A program made the position numbers and the translations under genes. From NCBI GenBank assembly GCA_018434225.1, contig JAHDPS010000088.1:1-35710 (forward strand): a stretch of 35,710 nt of DNA, given 5' to 3'. The stretch is from Bacillota bacterium. GTDB taxonomy: Bacteria; Bacillota; Sulfobacillia; JABLXB01. The notes beneath the pieces were generated by a model. That model made no database searches. It was given only the letters and a program-made list of their open reading frames with translations, and was not told the origin of the DNA. This document shows, in pieces, positions 9,004-18,638 of this stretch (position 1 is the stretch's first letter; each line of letters starts with the position of its first letter).

Positions 9004-10152
9004 TCACCGCCTTGCCAGCAACCTCCTCCGAACGGGCGCCAAACGTCGAATTGTCGCTCCATGCTCGCCCGCCTCCAGGATGCTGAGAACCCCCTCCGGG
9101 TCCACCCTGAGGTAGCTGTGTGAGCGCTCCTTGCCCAGGTACGGCGCCGCCAGTTCCGCGGAAAGGGTCCCGTCCCTATCGTAGACTCGGACCCGCCCCG
9201 ACGGGGTTCCAAGGGATATCCCTACGTAAAGACGCCCGGCGCGGTCGTCGCCGGCGACCGTCAACGCCTCCGCCGGTCCACGGACTTCCACCTTGTATTC
9301 CCGGGAGAGCGAGCCGTCGCGGCGGTACCGCCGAACGTACGACGGTCTCGCGCTCCGCGAGGAGGAATCGCCGCCTACAGGCGCGGCGTAAAAGCCCCCC
9401 TGCCGCGATGCGCGGAAGGTAACCGCGCCGGCCGGCGGTTCGCCCTGGAAACCACTGTACCGCCTGGACCCCGACGGCGTCATGACGACCTCCGCGATCG
9501 TCCTGGGGCCGTTCGCGCCCGCGTCGCCCTCAACCGCGATCATGCTCCTCCGGTATTCGCCGTCCGAGAGAAGGGTGGCGGTGACGTACACCAGGCCGTC
9601 CCCTCCCGCCTGGATAGACTCAATGTGGCTGTCAAGCAGGCCGGGACTTCTCCCGCACCATAACACCTGGGGCCGCCCCTCAGAGGGCACGGCGACGATC
9701 TCGGCCGTAGAATTGTCGGCCACGAGCAGCGTCCCGTCGGAACGCAGGACCATATCGTCCAGGCTTCCCCGCCTTCGACCAACGTCGAGAGTCTCCACGA
9801 GATCGCCGGAACCATCGTACTTCAATACTCGACCATTCTGCCAATCGGCGACGAAGGTGACGCCCCCCGGTCCCTCGCAGAAACATCTGATCCCGAACTG
9901 AGTCCCGTCCCGCGATGTCGTTAGAGGAATCTGTCCCTCACCGTCGCCCCACGCGACCTCCAACCGTCCGGCCTCGCGGTACTCCAGCGACACGTCGATC
10001 TTGAACAAAAGCGCTCCGAAAAAACACAGGCCGATGCCCACAATAAATGCCAGCTGCCGCGGGTTCCTGAGATTCAAGATCACGGTGGGGGCCTCCCGAG
10101 GGCGTTCGTTTAGCGCGCGGCGGAGACCGCGCACCAATATAACGTTATGCAC
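9004..10152 (-). CDS. Membrane-anchored hypothetical protein with about six NHL/beta-propeller-like repeats
   Basis: N-terminal TM helix (LAFIVGIGLCFFGALLF). Six recurring blade-like units follow, including VTFVADWQNGRVLKYDGSGDLV, GTLLVADNSTAEIVAV, GLVYVTA, GRLYVGISLGTPSGRVRVYDRDGTL and GVLSILEAG. No catalytic motif was recognised. Confidence 0.55.
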   Translation of the reverse strand: MHNVILVRGLRRALNERPREAPTVILNLRNPRQLAFIVGIGLCFFGALLFKIDVSLEYREAGRLEVAWGDGEGQIPLTTSRDGTQFGIRCFCEGPGGVTFVADWQNGRVLKYDGSGDLVETLDVGRRRGSLDDMVLRSDGTLLVADNSTAEIVAVPSEGRPQVLWCGRSPGLLDSHIESIQAGGDGLVYVTATLLSDGEYRRSMIAVEGDAGANGPRTIAEVVMTPSGSRRYSGFQGEPPAGAVTFRASRQGGFYAAPVGGDSSSRSARPSYVRRYRRDGSLSREYKVEVRGPAEALTVAGDDRAGRLYVGISLGTPSGRVRVYDRDGTLSAELAAPYLGKERSHSYLRVDPEGVLSILEAGEHGATIRRLAPVRRRLLARR

Positions 10153-10192
10153 TCGTCTCAGGCCGTATTACGACGGCCCCCGTCCGACCATG

Positions 10193-11491
10193 TCAGCTCT
10201 TGGGATGTATAACTGAAACGGCGTGCTTCGTCTCGGCAAGGTGCTCTTCCAGCCTCGATTCCACCACCGCGGTTGTCAGCGATCGCAGCGCGTCCATGTA
10301 GTCGAACAGATTGATCCCCTTGAACAAGTACGCGTTGAATCTGTACGCCATCCTTTCCGGCGAGTTGAACAACGATACGAACTCCCCGCTCATCTTCCTG
10401 ACAGCGCGATCCACCGCTGCCTCCTCCAGTCCGGTCCTCCTCGTCTCCTCAATGTACCGCATGATGAGAGCGTGGAGCCGCTGGGGGTCTCTGGATTCAC
10501 CACCGGCGAACGACGCGGCGTATTCCATCTCCGACTCGTGAGTGGCGCCGAACTTCTCGTCCACCAGTCCCTGCTCGTAGATGCTGGAGTACAGATCCGA
10601 ACTCCTACCGAACATGGTTTCGAGCAGGACCTTCGTAGCCACCTCGCGCTCGAGCAGGTCCATCCCGCGAAGTCCCCCCGGGTTATCCTTGAACCCGATC
10701 TCCAGGAGGGGTGAGGCAACCACCATCTCCTCGGAGACCCTGCCCGTCGCGACCTCCTCCGGTTCCCCGGGGAACACCCTGACTATGTCTCCCCCCCCGG
10801 TACGCCCGCCGAAACCAGTACCAGCTGCCACTTCGTCGAAAACCCTCGCCGGTTCCACGTCCCCAACGACGAGCACCGCCATGTTTTGCGGCCGGTAGAA
10901 TGTTTCGTAGCACTTGTACAGCATGTCCCTGGTTATCAGCCTGATCGATTCGACGGTTCCGACGACGTCGATCCTCACCGGATGAGCCGAGTACATCGCC
11001 CTCATCAGGTTCGATCCCACTCGCGCCTCGGGCATGTCCTCGTACATCCTGATTTCCTGCTCGATGATGCCCTTTTCTTTCTCCACGTTCTCGACCGTGA
11101 AGTACGGGTCCTGCACCAGCCTGAGCAACACCCTGAGCGATTCGTAGAAGTTGTCGGTGGCCGAGAACAGGTATGTCGTCGTCGTATAGGTCGTGTAGGC
11201 GTTGGCCGAGGCGCCGAGGCCGGCGAATTCGTCGAATACGTTTCCCTCTTCCTGTTCAAACAGTTTGTGTTCGAGGAAGTGGGCGATCCCGTCCGGCACC
11301 TCCACGGTCCCCGCTTCCGGCGTTCTGAATACGTTGTCTATGGAGCCGTACTTTGTGGCGAAGGTGGCGTATTTCTTGTTGTATCCCCGCTTCGGAAGTA
11401 CATAGACTGGGAGGCCGTTGTCCGTCCGCGCCACCTGGATTTCCTCTCCGAGGTCCGCGCTCGACAGCACTTCATGAAGCATGTATCCCAC
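10193..11491 (-). CDS. M16 (pitrilysin/insulinase) family zinc peptidase, catalytically competent subunit
   Basis: The inverted zinc motif HFLEH (GIAHFLEHKLFEQ) is present, with the downstream Glu region EKEKGIIEQEIRMYED. The real start could be the Met at 11482. Confidence 0.85.
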   Translation of the reverse strand: MGYMLHEVLSSADLGEEIQVARTDNGLPVYVLPKRGYNKKYATFATKYGSIDNVFRTPEAGTVEVPDGIAHFLEHKLFEQEEGNVFDEFAGLGASANAYTTYTTTTYLFSATDNFYESLRVLLRLVQDPYFTVENVEKEKGIIEQEIRMYEDMPEARVGSNLMRAMYSAHPVRIDVVGTVESIRLITRDMLYKCYETFYRPQNMAVLVVGDVEPARVFDEVAAGTGFGGRTGGGDIVRVFPGEPEEVATGRVSEEMVVASPLLEIGFKDNPGGLRGMDLLEREVATKVLLETMFGRSSDLYSSIYEQGLVDEKFGATHESEMEYAASFAGGESRDPQRLHALIMRYIEETRRTGLEEAAVDRAVRKMSGEFVSLFNSPERMAYRFNAYLFKGINLFDYMDALRSLTTAVVESRLEEHLAETKHAVSVIHPKS

Positions 11492-12791
11492 CGCCCTTGT
11501 TGGTGAGGAAGTAGACCGTGTGCAGTCTGACCTTCTGCGCGGCCTCGATCACCTGGTCTCTCGTAACACTGTTAATCGCATCGATCCTCTCTTCCAGCGC
11601 CTGGACGTTCCCCATCGCTTGCATCTCGAGGAAGGACGCTATCCTGGAGCCGGCACTGTCTTCCCAGGATCTGAGCCTATTGATGAGGGCCTTCCTCGTG
11701 AACTCCATCTCCGATTGCGACACGTCTCCGCCCCTGATGTCGTCCGCCTGCTTGCGGATAATGTCGAGGGCCCGCTCGTACCTGTCCACGTCGATGCCGG
11801 ACGTGACGAGAAGGAACCCCTTTACCGGGTTCAGGACCGAACTCGCGTAGTAGGCCAGGCTCGCCTTCTCTCGGACGTTCACGAACAGCTTGGAGTGGAC
11901 GAACCCGCCGAATACCCCGTCGTAGAACATCATCGGGTAAAGGTCGTCCGCGCCGTTGTTGTCGAACGTGTAGCCAAGGCACAGTTTCCCCTGGTTCACC
12001 GCTTGCCGTTCGATAACGTACCTGGGCTCCGCCGCCTCGCTCGCCGGCGGGGTTTTCCCCCTGGCCGCGGTCCGCTGAGCGGCGCAGGCAAACGATCGGG
12101 CAACCAGGTCCAGGACGGCGGCCTCGTCAACGTCTCCGACGACGCACACATCGATAGGATTCCGATCCATTATGCTCCGGTACAACTCGAACATCCCGGG
12201 ACCATCGATGCCCGGGATATCCTCCAGGAAACCCATCTCGTGAATTCCGAAGGGCTCGCCGGAGAACATCTCCTGCACGCATCTTATGATCGCGTATCTG
12301 GATTTCTCGTTGATTATGGCCGCGATCTCTCTCGAAAGAACGTCCTTCTCCTGCTCGATGTATTCCTCTCGAAAGGACCGCCCGCCGGATCCCCCGCTCG
12401 TGACTGGCTCAAACAAGACCCGCTTCAGGAAGTCCAGGCCCCGGGCGATAAGGTCCTCGCGCACGCCGAGGAATCGCGGATTGGGGAGTTCGATGCCCAA
12501 CTGGATGACCTGGCTCTCCCCCAGTTTGAACACCCCGGAGTCGAAACGGGCACCATACATGTTGTCGAGGTGGCGCGATATATCCTTGGTCGTCTCCAGC
12601 CCGGCGCAACCCCTTCTCAGGATGGCGGGGATAAGAGCGACTCTCGTCGCCGTCCCGCGCGACAGCGGGTTATGGATGAACACCCTTACAGTGTGCGTCT
12701 TGAACTTCCCCGTTGCGTGTACGTATACGTTGACGCCGTTTTTCAACCTGGTGTGAGTGAAGCCCCCGTTCATTCTTCTTTCCTCCGACAT
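11472..12791 (-). CDS. M16 family peptidase homologue lacking the HxxEH motif (probable non-catalytic partner)
   Basis: M16 fold features are present (EQEKDVLSREIAAIINE). The position that carries HxxEH in the partner protein reads ALIPAILRRG. The ORF overlaps the downstream M16 gene by up to 20 nt, suggesting co-translation. Confidence 0.8.
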   Translation of the reverse strand: MSEERRMNGGFTHTRLKNGVNVYVHATGKFKTHTVRVFIHNPLSRGTATRVALIPAILRRGCAGLETTKDISRHLDNMYGARFDSGVFKLGESQVIQLGIELPNPRFLGVREDLIARGLDFLKRVLFEPVTSGGSGGRSFREEYIEQEKDVLSREIAAIINEKSRYAIIRCVQEMFSGEPFGIHEMGFLEDIPGIDGPGMFELYRSIMDRNPIDVCVVGDVDEAAVLDLVARSFACAAQRTAARGKTPPASEAAEPRYVIERQAVNQGKLCLGYTFDNNGADDLYPMMFYDGVFGGFVHSKLFVNVREKASLAYYASSVLNPVKGFLLVTSGIDVDRYERALDIIRKQADDIRGGDVSQSEMEFTRKALINRLRSWEDSAGSRIASFLEMQAMGNVQALEERIDAINSVTRDQVIEAAQKVRLHTVYFLTNKGGGIHAS

Positions 12792-12832
12792 CCCGGCATT
12801 ATCAATGCCTAGTGTGCCAAGACCGCCGCAGT

Positions 12833-12881
12833 GAATATCCAGCGGCGCCTCGCGATAATTCTCCCCACCCGCTGGATATTC
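12833..12881. repeat. Perfect 13-bp inverted repeat (gaatatccagcgg / ccgctggatattc) with a 23-nt spacer, upstream of the M16 operon
   Basis: Read directly: 12833-12845 is the exact reverse complement of 12869-12881. It lies 42-90 nt upstream of the M16 ATG at 12791. The spacer contains the AT-rich AATTAT. Confidence 0.6.
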
Positions 12882-12932
12882 CTGTCTACGATGGAGACGC
12901 GCGGTTCAGGTCCGGCGCCACCACAATGGGAA

Positions 12933-12953
12933 GGCCCGCCATTCCGGCGGGCC
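12933..12953 (-). terminator. GC hairpin downstream of ftsH (candidate terminator)
   Basis: ggcccgcc (12933-12940) / ggcgggcc (12946-12953) is a perfect 8-bp stem with a 5-nt loop, 35 nt after the ftsH stop. On the minus strand it is followed by TTCCCATTGT, a weak U-tract. Confidence 0.45.
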
Positions 12954-12987
12954 GCTGGCATTCCCAGTGTCCTATCGTGCGACGAGT

Positions 12988-14811
12988 CTATATCGTACTC
13001 TCCAGCGCACCGCCCGTCGCCTGAGCACCGTTCAGAAGAGCCTCGAGCTCGTCTCCTTCGAGGGTCTCCTTCTCGATCAGGGTCCCCGCGATAAGATCGA
13101 GCTTCCCCCTGTTTTCCTCCAGCAACGTCTTGGCCCGGTCGTAACAGGCGGTCACTATATGCCTCACTTCCTTGTCGATCGCCGCCGCGACCTCCTCGCT
13201 ATAGTTGCGGTCACGGGCGATATCTCTTCCAAGGAAGACCTGCTCCTGCTTATTTCCGAACGTGAGCGGCCCAAGCTCCGCGCTCATCCCGAATTCCATT
13301 ATCATCTTCCTGACCATCCTGGTGGCCTTCTCCAGGTCATCCGAGGCGCCCGTCGACACCTCGTTGAACACCATTTCTTCGGCGGCCCGTCCGGATAGCG
13401 TCACCGAGACGCGGTCCATTATCTCCGCCTTCATCACCAGGTATCTATCCTCAATCGGAAGCTGTAAGACATACCCCAGGGCTGCGCCACGAGGAATGAT
13501 CGACACCTTATGCACTGGATCCGTGTTCCTCAACAGTTTAGCGACGAGGGCGTGGGCCGCCTCGTGGTAAGCGATGACCTTCTTCTCCCTCTCGCTAATT
13601 ATCTTGCTCCTCCGCTGCGGACCCGCGATCACTCTGTCGATGGCTTCCTCGAGTTCATCCATCGTTATCTTGCGCTTCCGGTTCCTTGCGGTCAGCAGGG
13701 CGGCCTCGTTCATCAGGTTTTCGAGATCCGCGCCGGTGAATCCGGGCGTCCGCTTCGCGAGCGTCTCCAGATCCACCCCCTTGTCCAGGGGCTTTCCTTT
13801 CTGATGCACCTTCAGTATTTCCACCCTGCCCCTTAGGTCGGGCTTATCGATCTGTATCTGCCTGTCGAACCTTCCCGGCCTCAACAGCGCCGGATCCAGC
13901 ACGTCCGGCCTGTTGGTGGCCGCCATGATGATAATGCCCTCATTGACCGCGAAACCGTCCATCTCGACGAGCAGCTGATTAAGGGTCTGTTCCCTCTCGT
14001 CATGCCCACCGCCGTAGCCCGCGCCACGTTGACGCCCGACCGCGTCGATTTCGTCTATGAACACGATGCAAGGGGCACTCTTCTTCGCCTGCTCGAAGAG
14101 GTCACGCACCCTCGCCGCGCCGACCCCCACGAACATCTCCACGAAGTCAGACCCGCTGATAGTGAAGAACGGGACGCCCGCCTCCCCGCCGACAGCCCTG
14201 GCGACGAGCGTCTTGCCCGTGCCGGGCGCGCCGAAGAGGAGCACCCCCTTTGGTATCCTCGCGCCCAGCTCCAGGTATTTCTTCGGGTGTTTCAGGAAGT
14301 CCACTATCTCCTGGAGCTCCTCTTTCACCTCGTCGCAGCCCGCAACGTCGTCGAACGTCACCTTCTTGCGATCCCCCGTGTGAAGCCTCGCCCTGCTCCG
14401 GCCGAATTGCATCACCCGGTTCCCCCCGCCCTGGGTTTGCTGCATTATGAAAAAGAAGAGCGCCCCCACGGCGATCACGGGGAGTAGATTCGTCGCTAGA
14501 GTCATCCACCACGGAGGCTGGGGCGAAGGCTTCATGTCCACTACTATCCCGCGATTCACCAGGTACTGCCCCAGGCCGGGATCCTCCGGCACATTCGCCT
14601 CGAAATCCTGTCCATCGTGGAGCTTTCCAATGACGTTCTTTCCATCTATGATGATGACCGACTTGACCTTATTCTCCTCGATCATCTTCAAGAATTCCGT
14701 GTACGTGACGTGCTTCTTCGTTGACCCCGGGCTGGCGAGCATGTTGACGAGCGACAGCGTCAGTAAGATCAACAGGAGGTAGAACGCCACGCCGCGAAAC
14801 GCTTTGTTCAA
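12988..14811 (-). CDS. ftsH: ATP-dependent zinc metalloprotease FtsH
   Basis: N-terminal TM helices, Walker A GAPGTGKT, Walker B FIDEIDA, an SRH region and the zinc motif HEAAHA are all present. TTG start at 14811 is preceded by AAGGAGGG with 7-nt spacing. Confidence 0.95.
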   Translation of the reverse strand: MNKAFRGVAFYLLLILLTLSLVNMLASPGSTKKHVTYTEFLKMIEENKVKSVIIIDGKNVIGKLHDGQDFEANVPEDPGLGQYLVNRGIVVDMKPSPQPPWWMTLATNLLPVIAVGALFFFIMQQTQGGGNRVMQFGRSRARLHTGDRKKVTFDDVAGCDEVKEELQEIVDFLKHPKKYLELGARIPKGVLLFGAPGTGKTLVARAVGGEAGVPFFTISGSDFVEMFVGVGAARVRDLFEQAKKSAPCIVFIDEIDAVGRQRGAGYGGGHDEREQTLNQLLVEMDGFAVNEGIIIMAATNRPDVLDPALLRPGRFDRQIQIDKPDLRGRVEILKVHQKGKPLDKGVDLETLAKRTPGFTGADLENLMNEAALLTARNRKRKITMDELEEAIDRVIAGPQRRSKIISEREKKVIAYHEAAHALVAKLLRNTDPVHKVSIIPRGAALGYVLQLPIEDRYLVMKAEIMDRVSVTLSGRAAEEMVFNEVSTGASDDLEKATRMVRKMIMEFGMSAELGPLTFGNKQEQVFLGRDIARDRNYSEEVAAAIDKEVRHIVTACYDRAKTLLEENRGKLDLIAGTLIEKETLEGDELEALLNGAQATGGALESTI

Positions 14812-14879
14812 TTACCAGCCCTCCTTTCGTATGCCGAGTAATTTTATCACACTTCTTGGGCGGTTACAACGACAACGGG

Positions 14880-16340
14880 CTATCTCCTGTCGCCGCCCAT
14901 GTGCGGTTTAACCTCGATAGTAAGCAGTAGGACCTGGGTGGTCGCCCTGGTGACTTTGAACCTCTCGTCCAGCCTGTAACCGCCCACCCATACCACTCGA
15001 TCTCGGGAGAGGACGATGGGCGCGTACGGGCGGTCGCTGACGGGTACTTTCAGTGATGTCATGAAGTCGCCTATCTTCTTGCGCCCGCTCATACCGAGGG
15101 GATAGAAGTAATCCCCGTCCATCCTCGAGCGTACCATAAGCGGATATTCTATGAGGGAATTGTCGATAAATGCCCTCAACGGATCCCTATTGGTTGCGGG
15201 GTCCAGGGCCAATCCCGACGCCGGCTGCACTTCCGCCCTGATTCTTATCCCCAACCCCTCGACCTCCGTGGTCCCGGGGACGCGTATGGGAACGGGAAAC
15301 GCCGCACCGGCCGGGCCGCTATCGTCCTCGGAGGTCCTTTCAAGGGATATCTCGCTCGCGCCCAGCCTAGCGATCATGCCTCCCGGGAGGTGGAGGACCC
15401 TTACGGGAGAACCCGACTCGGCCAGCGATATGATCGCCTCCACATGACCGTACCCGAGCGGCACGTATGCCGCTCCTGCGGACTCGCCGTAGATCTCGCG
15501 CGCCAGGGCGCGCAGCACATACCTTTTCATGGCCGGATGCAGGTCGTTGAACCTATCCCTGGCGATAAAGGCCCGCCCGTTCTCCCTGCGCGCAAGCCTC
15601 CCGGTGGTGGCGCGGCCAGCCAGGTCCAGGTATGAAGCGTCCTCGCGAAGCCTGTCCGCCGTGTCCGAAAGGATCTCTCTCAGGCGAGGGTTCCACCTCT
15701 CCAGGCACGGGACCAGCTGGAGTCTCACCTGATTCCGGAAGTAAAGCGGCTCCTGGTTCGTGCTGTCAGTCCGCCACGCCGCGCCTGTCGCCGCGCAGTA
15801 TTTTTCCACTTCTCTCCTGCTCACATACAGCAATGGCCTGATGTACATCCCCCTGACCGGCGGGATACCAGTGAGGCCGTCCAATCCCGAACCCCTGATC
15901 AGCCGCATAAGCACGGTCTCCGCCTGGTCATCGAGGGTGTGCCCCAGAGCGACGCGCGAGGCGGATGTCTTGGACGCGGCGTCCTCGTAGAACATGTAGC
16001 GGGCCCGCCTGCCGGCCTCTTCCGCCCCCATCCCCCACTCGGACATGAGGGCGGGGACATCCACCCGCCGGACGTCGCAAGCGATCCCCATCTTCAGACA
16101 CAGCGCCTCAACGAATTCGGCGTCCGCCGCGGACTCCTCCCCGCGAAAACCATGGTCAAGGTGGCACGCGGCAAGTCCAAACCCCAGGGAATCCCTCAGT
16201 TCCAACAAGGCGTGCAGGAGCGCGACTGAATCGGGGCCGCCTGACACGGCGACAAGGACAGTATGCCCCTTCTCTATCATCGAGTACTTCAGAATGGTGT
16301 CCCGGACCCGTTTCACGAAGGTTCGGGAGGAATACGCCAA
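14880..16340 (-). CDS. tilS: tRNA(Ile)-lysidine synthetase
   Basis: PP-loop VAVSGGPDSVALLH is present and the 486-aa product has the C-terminal TilS domain. TTG start. It occupies the conserved position between spoIIE and ftsH. Confidence 0.9.
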   Translation of the reverse strand: MAYSSRTFVKRVRDTILKYSMIEKGHTVLVAVSGGPDSVALLHALLELRDSLGFGLAACHLDHGFRGEESAADAEFVEALCLKMGIACDVRRVDVPALMSEWGMGAEEAGRRARYMFYEDAASKTSASRVALGHTLDDQAETVLMRLIRGSGLDGLTGIPPVRGMYIRPLLYVSRREVEKYCAATGAAWRTDSTNQEPLYFRNQVRLQLVPCLERWNPRLREILSDTADRLREDASYLDLAGRATTGRLARRENGRAFIARDRFNDLHPAMKRYVLRALAREIYGESAGAAYVPLGYGHVEAIISLAESGSPVRVLHLPGGMIARLGASEISLERTSEDDSGPAGAAFPVPIRVPGTTEVEGLGIRIRAEVQPASGLALDPATNRDPLRAFIDNSLIEYPLMVRSRMDGDYFYPLGMSGRKKIGDFMTSLKVPVSDRPYAPIVLSRDRVVWVGGYRLDERFKVTRATTQVLLLTIEVKPHMGGDRR

Positions 16341-16432
16341 GACCCCACCCCCACAGTGACGATTCTGCGGGTACTATTTATCGGGCAGGATAAGTATTCC
16401 TCCGAGCATCATGGCGTAACCTTCCAAAACAG

Positions 16433-16462
16433 CCAAAAAAGAAACGGCCCGGGGTCGGGCCC
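16433..16462 (-). terminator. Rho-independent terminator after spoIIE
   Basis: On the minus strand, GGCCCG-ACCC-CGGGCC (16461-16446) is followed by GUUUCUUUUUUGG (16445-16433). It starts 30 nt after the spoIIE stop. Confidence 0.7.
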
Positions 16463-16490
16463 ATGGCGCGCCGTGAGAGACAATCTTATA

Positions 16491-18638
16491 TCACATCCCT
16501 GGAAATTGAACCACCACCACCGTCATATCGTCCTTGATCTCCTCGCCTGCGCCCCGAGCCGTTACGCCGGCTCGCTCGAGGATCCTATCCGCGAGCTCCT
16601 GGGCAGGCATCCACCTCAACCTCGCCAGGAATGAGGCCAACCACGGCTCCTTCTTCGAAGGATCCTTTCTCGCCTGGAGTACTCCGTCGGTGACCAGCAC
16701 CACCGTATCGTCCGGCGCCAGCTTGTGGTGGACAGTCTCCACCGGTATATCGGATAGGATCCCCGCGGGCAGCGACTGCGCGCGGATCACCACAACCTCG
16801 TTATCCCTCCATATGAACGACGGACATGCCCCGATCTTGACGAACTCGGCATCGCAGGTGGTGAGGTCCACGTGCATCATGTCCAGTGTCGCGAATACCT
16901 CGCCGGTTCCCCTTGCGACGAGCACAGAGTTCACCGTCCCAACCGCCGTTTCCCTGTCGAAACCGGCCCCCATGAGAGTCTCGATGAGTCGCACCGCCGC
17001 CTTGCTCTCCTCGGCTGCGGACGCCCCCGCGCCCATCCCATCACTCAACGCCACGAGTAGCCTGTTCTCCGGCAAGTCCCTGACTAGCGCGCTGTCACCT
17101 GATATCTTGACGCCGTTTTTGTTCGCCTGGGCGATACCGGTTCCGTACGCCAGCCTCCTCGGCTCCATCTGCCGGGTGGGCCGTCCCCCGCCGGCCAGTT
17201 CCGACGCGATTTCGTCCATCAAGCGCGACGCCATGCGCATCTGGCCCTCGAGTATCCCGCGACCCTCGGCCACCCGCCTCTGCCAGCGCCTTGCGGTCTT
17301 CTCGATCTCCACGAGGTGGTTTAATGACAGCGCTATTCGATCCGGAAACCGGCATCTCAGCGCCCCCGCCGCATCAGGGCCGTCCACCGGAATAGAACCG
17401 GATTCCTCCGCCCTGCGGATAAGGTCGAACATCGCCCTGTAGGTTGCGCGAAAGTCCGCCTCCCAGCACCGCCTGTAGTCCCGGCAGCGTTCGCACACCC
17501 GAGAGGCAACTGCGCCAAACATCCTCGGCATCTTGTCGGGCTCTTCCTTTGGAAGGGCGTACGCCTGGTCGAACGCCCGAGAGATCTCCCTCAAGGCCAT
17601 CGAGTATCCGCGCAGCCTGGCGACAGGGGCCTCGACGGCCACCGTCTTGACCGCGGCATACCCGGTTTGAGATTGGTTCAAAACGCGCCGCAGGGTTTGG
17701 GCGACTGCGCCGGGTATGACGAGCACGACAGCGGACCCGGCAACGGCTTCCATCATGGATTGAACCATCAGGCTCGGGCTGTTTGCGTACATGCCCATGG
17801 CCACCGATCCCAGAACGAACCCGCTGAAACTGCCGAGCTTTCCGAGCTCCCTGAACATCCCAGACATCAGACCCGACAACGCCTGCACTCCCACGAAACC
17901 TGGCTGCGCCGTCCCCGACAAAGCCGCGATCAGCCCAGCGGCGACGCCCGCGGAAGCTCCGGCGCTGCTCCCAGCCACCCAACCTATCGTCGCCGTGAGG
18001 GCGCAACCTATGACGTTCTGCGCCATTACGGGGCCCGCGCGCAGCCCGCCGATCCCGGCGACCGCGCACGCGGCCAGGACGGCGGCGCAAGTGGTTTCCT
18101 CCGGCGAGTATGGCCTGGCAAACGGCGTGCCCGCCTGGAGCGCCCTGAGTCCAAGCGCGAACACCCCAGTAAGCGCCGCGCAGAGCAGCCCCTCGAATAT
18201 GATCACCATCATAGCGTACGGATTGAACTCGCCTGCGATGAGGATCACAGTCCGAACTGTCACGCGAGCCACGAACGCCGCCCCGGCCGCCTTCGGCAAC
18301 CGCGTCCCCGCGGATGTCCCGGCGGCCCTGATCATGAGATATAGCAACAGCAGGTTTGATCCCCACTGCGGGATCTCCGCCCATCCAGACGCCGAAACCA
18401 CACCGGCCATCACCGCAATTCCATTCAGCGCGGCTTGCGCGGGCATGAGGCAGGCAACGGCGGCGAAGTGAGCAAGCCCGAAAGGAGATAGATTCTCCAG
18501 TATCACGGCTCGGCCCATAAGGAATCCCAGCGCGGCCGAGGGGAGGTTCATCCGGCCAGTCACTCGGGACAACTCGCGAAGTCCTCCGATGAGTTTGAAC
18601 GGTCGCGGCTTCTTGTCCGGCGACATCCTTCGAACCAC
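16491..18638 (-). CDS. spoIIE: Stage II sporulation protein E (membrane PP2C-type phosphatase)
   Basis: The N-terminal half is polytopic (about 10 hydrophobic segments). The C-terminal PP2C domain carries ALSDGMGAGASAAEES and VVLVTDGV. Synteny with tilS-ftsH matches Bacillus. GTG start at 18638; the start is uncertain by a few codons. Confidence 0.85.
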   Translation of the reverse strand: MVRRMSPDKKPRPFKLIGGLRELSRVTGRMNLPSAALGFLMGRAVILENLSPFGLAHFAAVACLMPAQAALNGIAVMAGVVSASGWAEIPQWGSNLLLLYLMIRAAGTSAGTRLPKAAGAAFVARVTVRTVILIAGEFNPYAMMVIIFEGLLCAALTGVFALGLRALQAGTPFARPYSPEETTCAAVLAACAVAGIGGLRAGPVMAQNVIGCALTATIGWVAGSSAGASAGVAAGLIAALSGTAQPGFVGVQALSGLMSGMFRELGKLGSFSGFVLGSVAMGMYANSPSLMVQSMMEAVAGSAVVLVIPGAVAQTLRRVLNQSQTGYAAVKTVAVEAPVARLRGYSMALREISRAFDQAYALPKEEPDKMPRMFGAVASRVCERCRDYRRCWEADFRATYRAMFDLIRRAEESGSIPVDGPDAAGALRCRFPDRIALSLNHLVEIEKTARRWQRRVAEGRGILEGQMRMASRLMDEIASELAGGGRPTRQMEPRRLAYGTGIAQANKNGVKISGDSALVRDLPENRLLVALSDGMGAGASAAEESKAAVRLIETLMGAGFDRETAVGTVNSVLVARGTGEVFATLDMMHVDLTTCDAEFVKIGACPSFIWRDNEVVVIRAQSLPAGILSDIPVETVHHKLAPDDTVVLVTDGVLQARKDPSKKEPWLASFLARLRWMPAQELADRILERAGVTARGAGEEIKDDMTVVVVQFPGM

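Noticed and set aside
11481-12812. A 443-aa plus-strand ORF fully antisense to the M16 gene. Similar long antisense ORFs occur at 26914..28155, 30394..31725, 33410..34561, 5456..6298 and 17374..18384.
   Set aside because: Each lies opposite a gene with clear family motifs. Their translations are Arg/Pro/Gly/His-rich and low in complexity, with no recognisable motif and no RBS. This is the expected artefact of high third-position GC.
12895-12950. A 17-aa minus-strand mini-ORF (MAGLPIVVAPDLNRASPS) in the ftsH-M16 spacer, considered as a possible RiPP precursor for the M16 pair.
   Set aside because: It has no RBS, it overlaps the ftsH terminator hairpin, and it shows no leader/core features.
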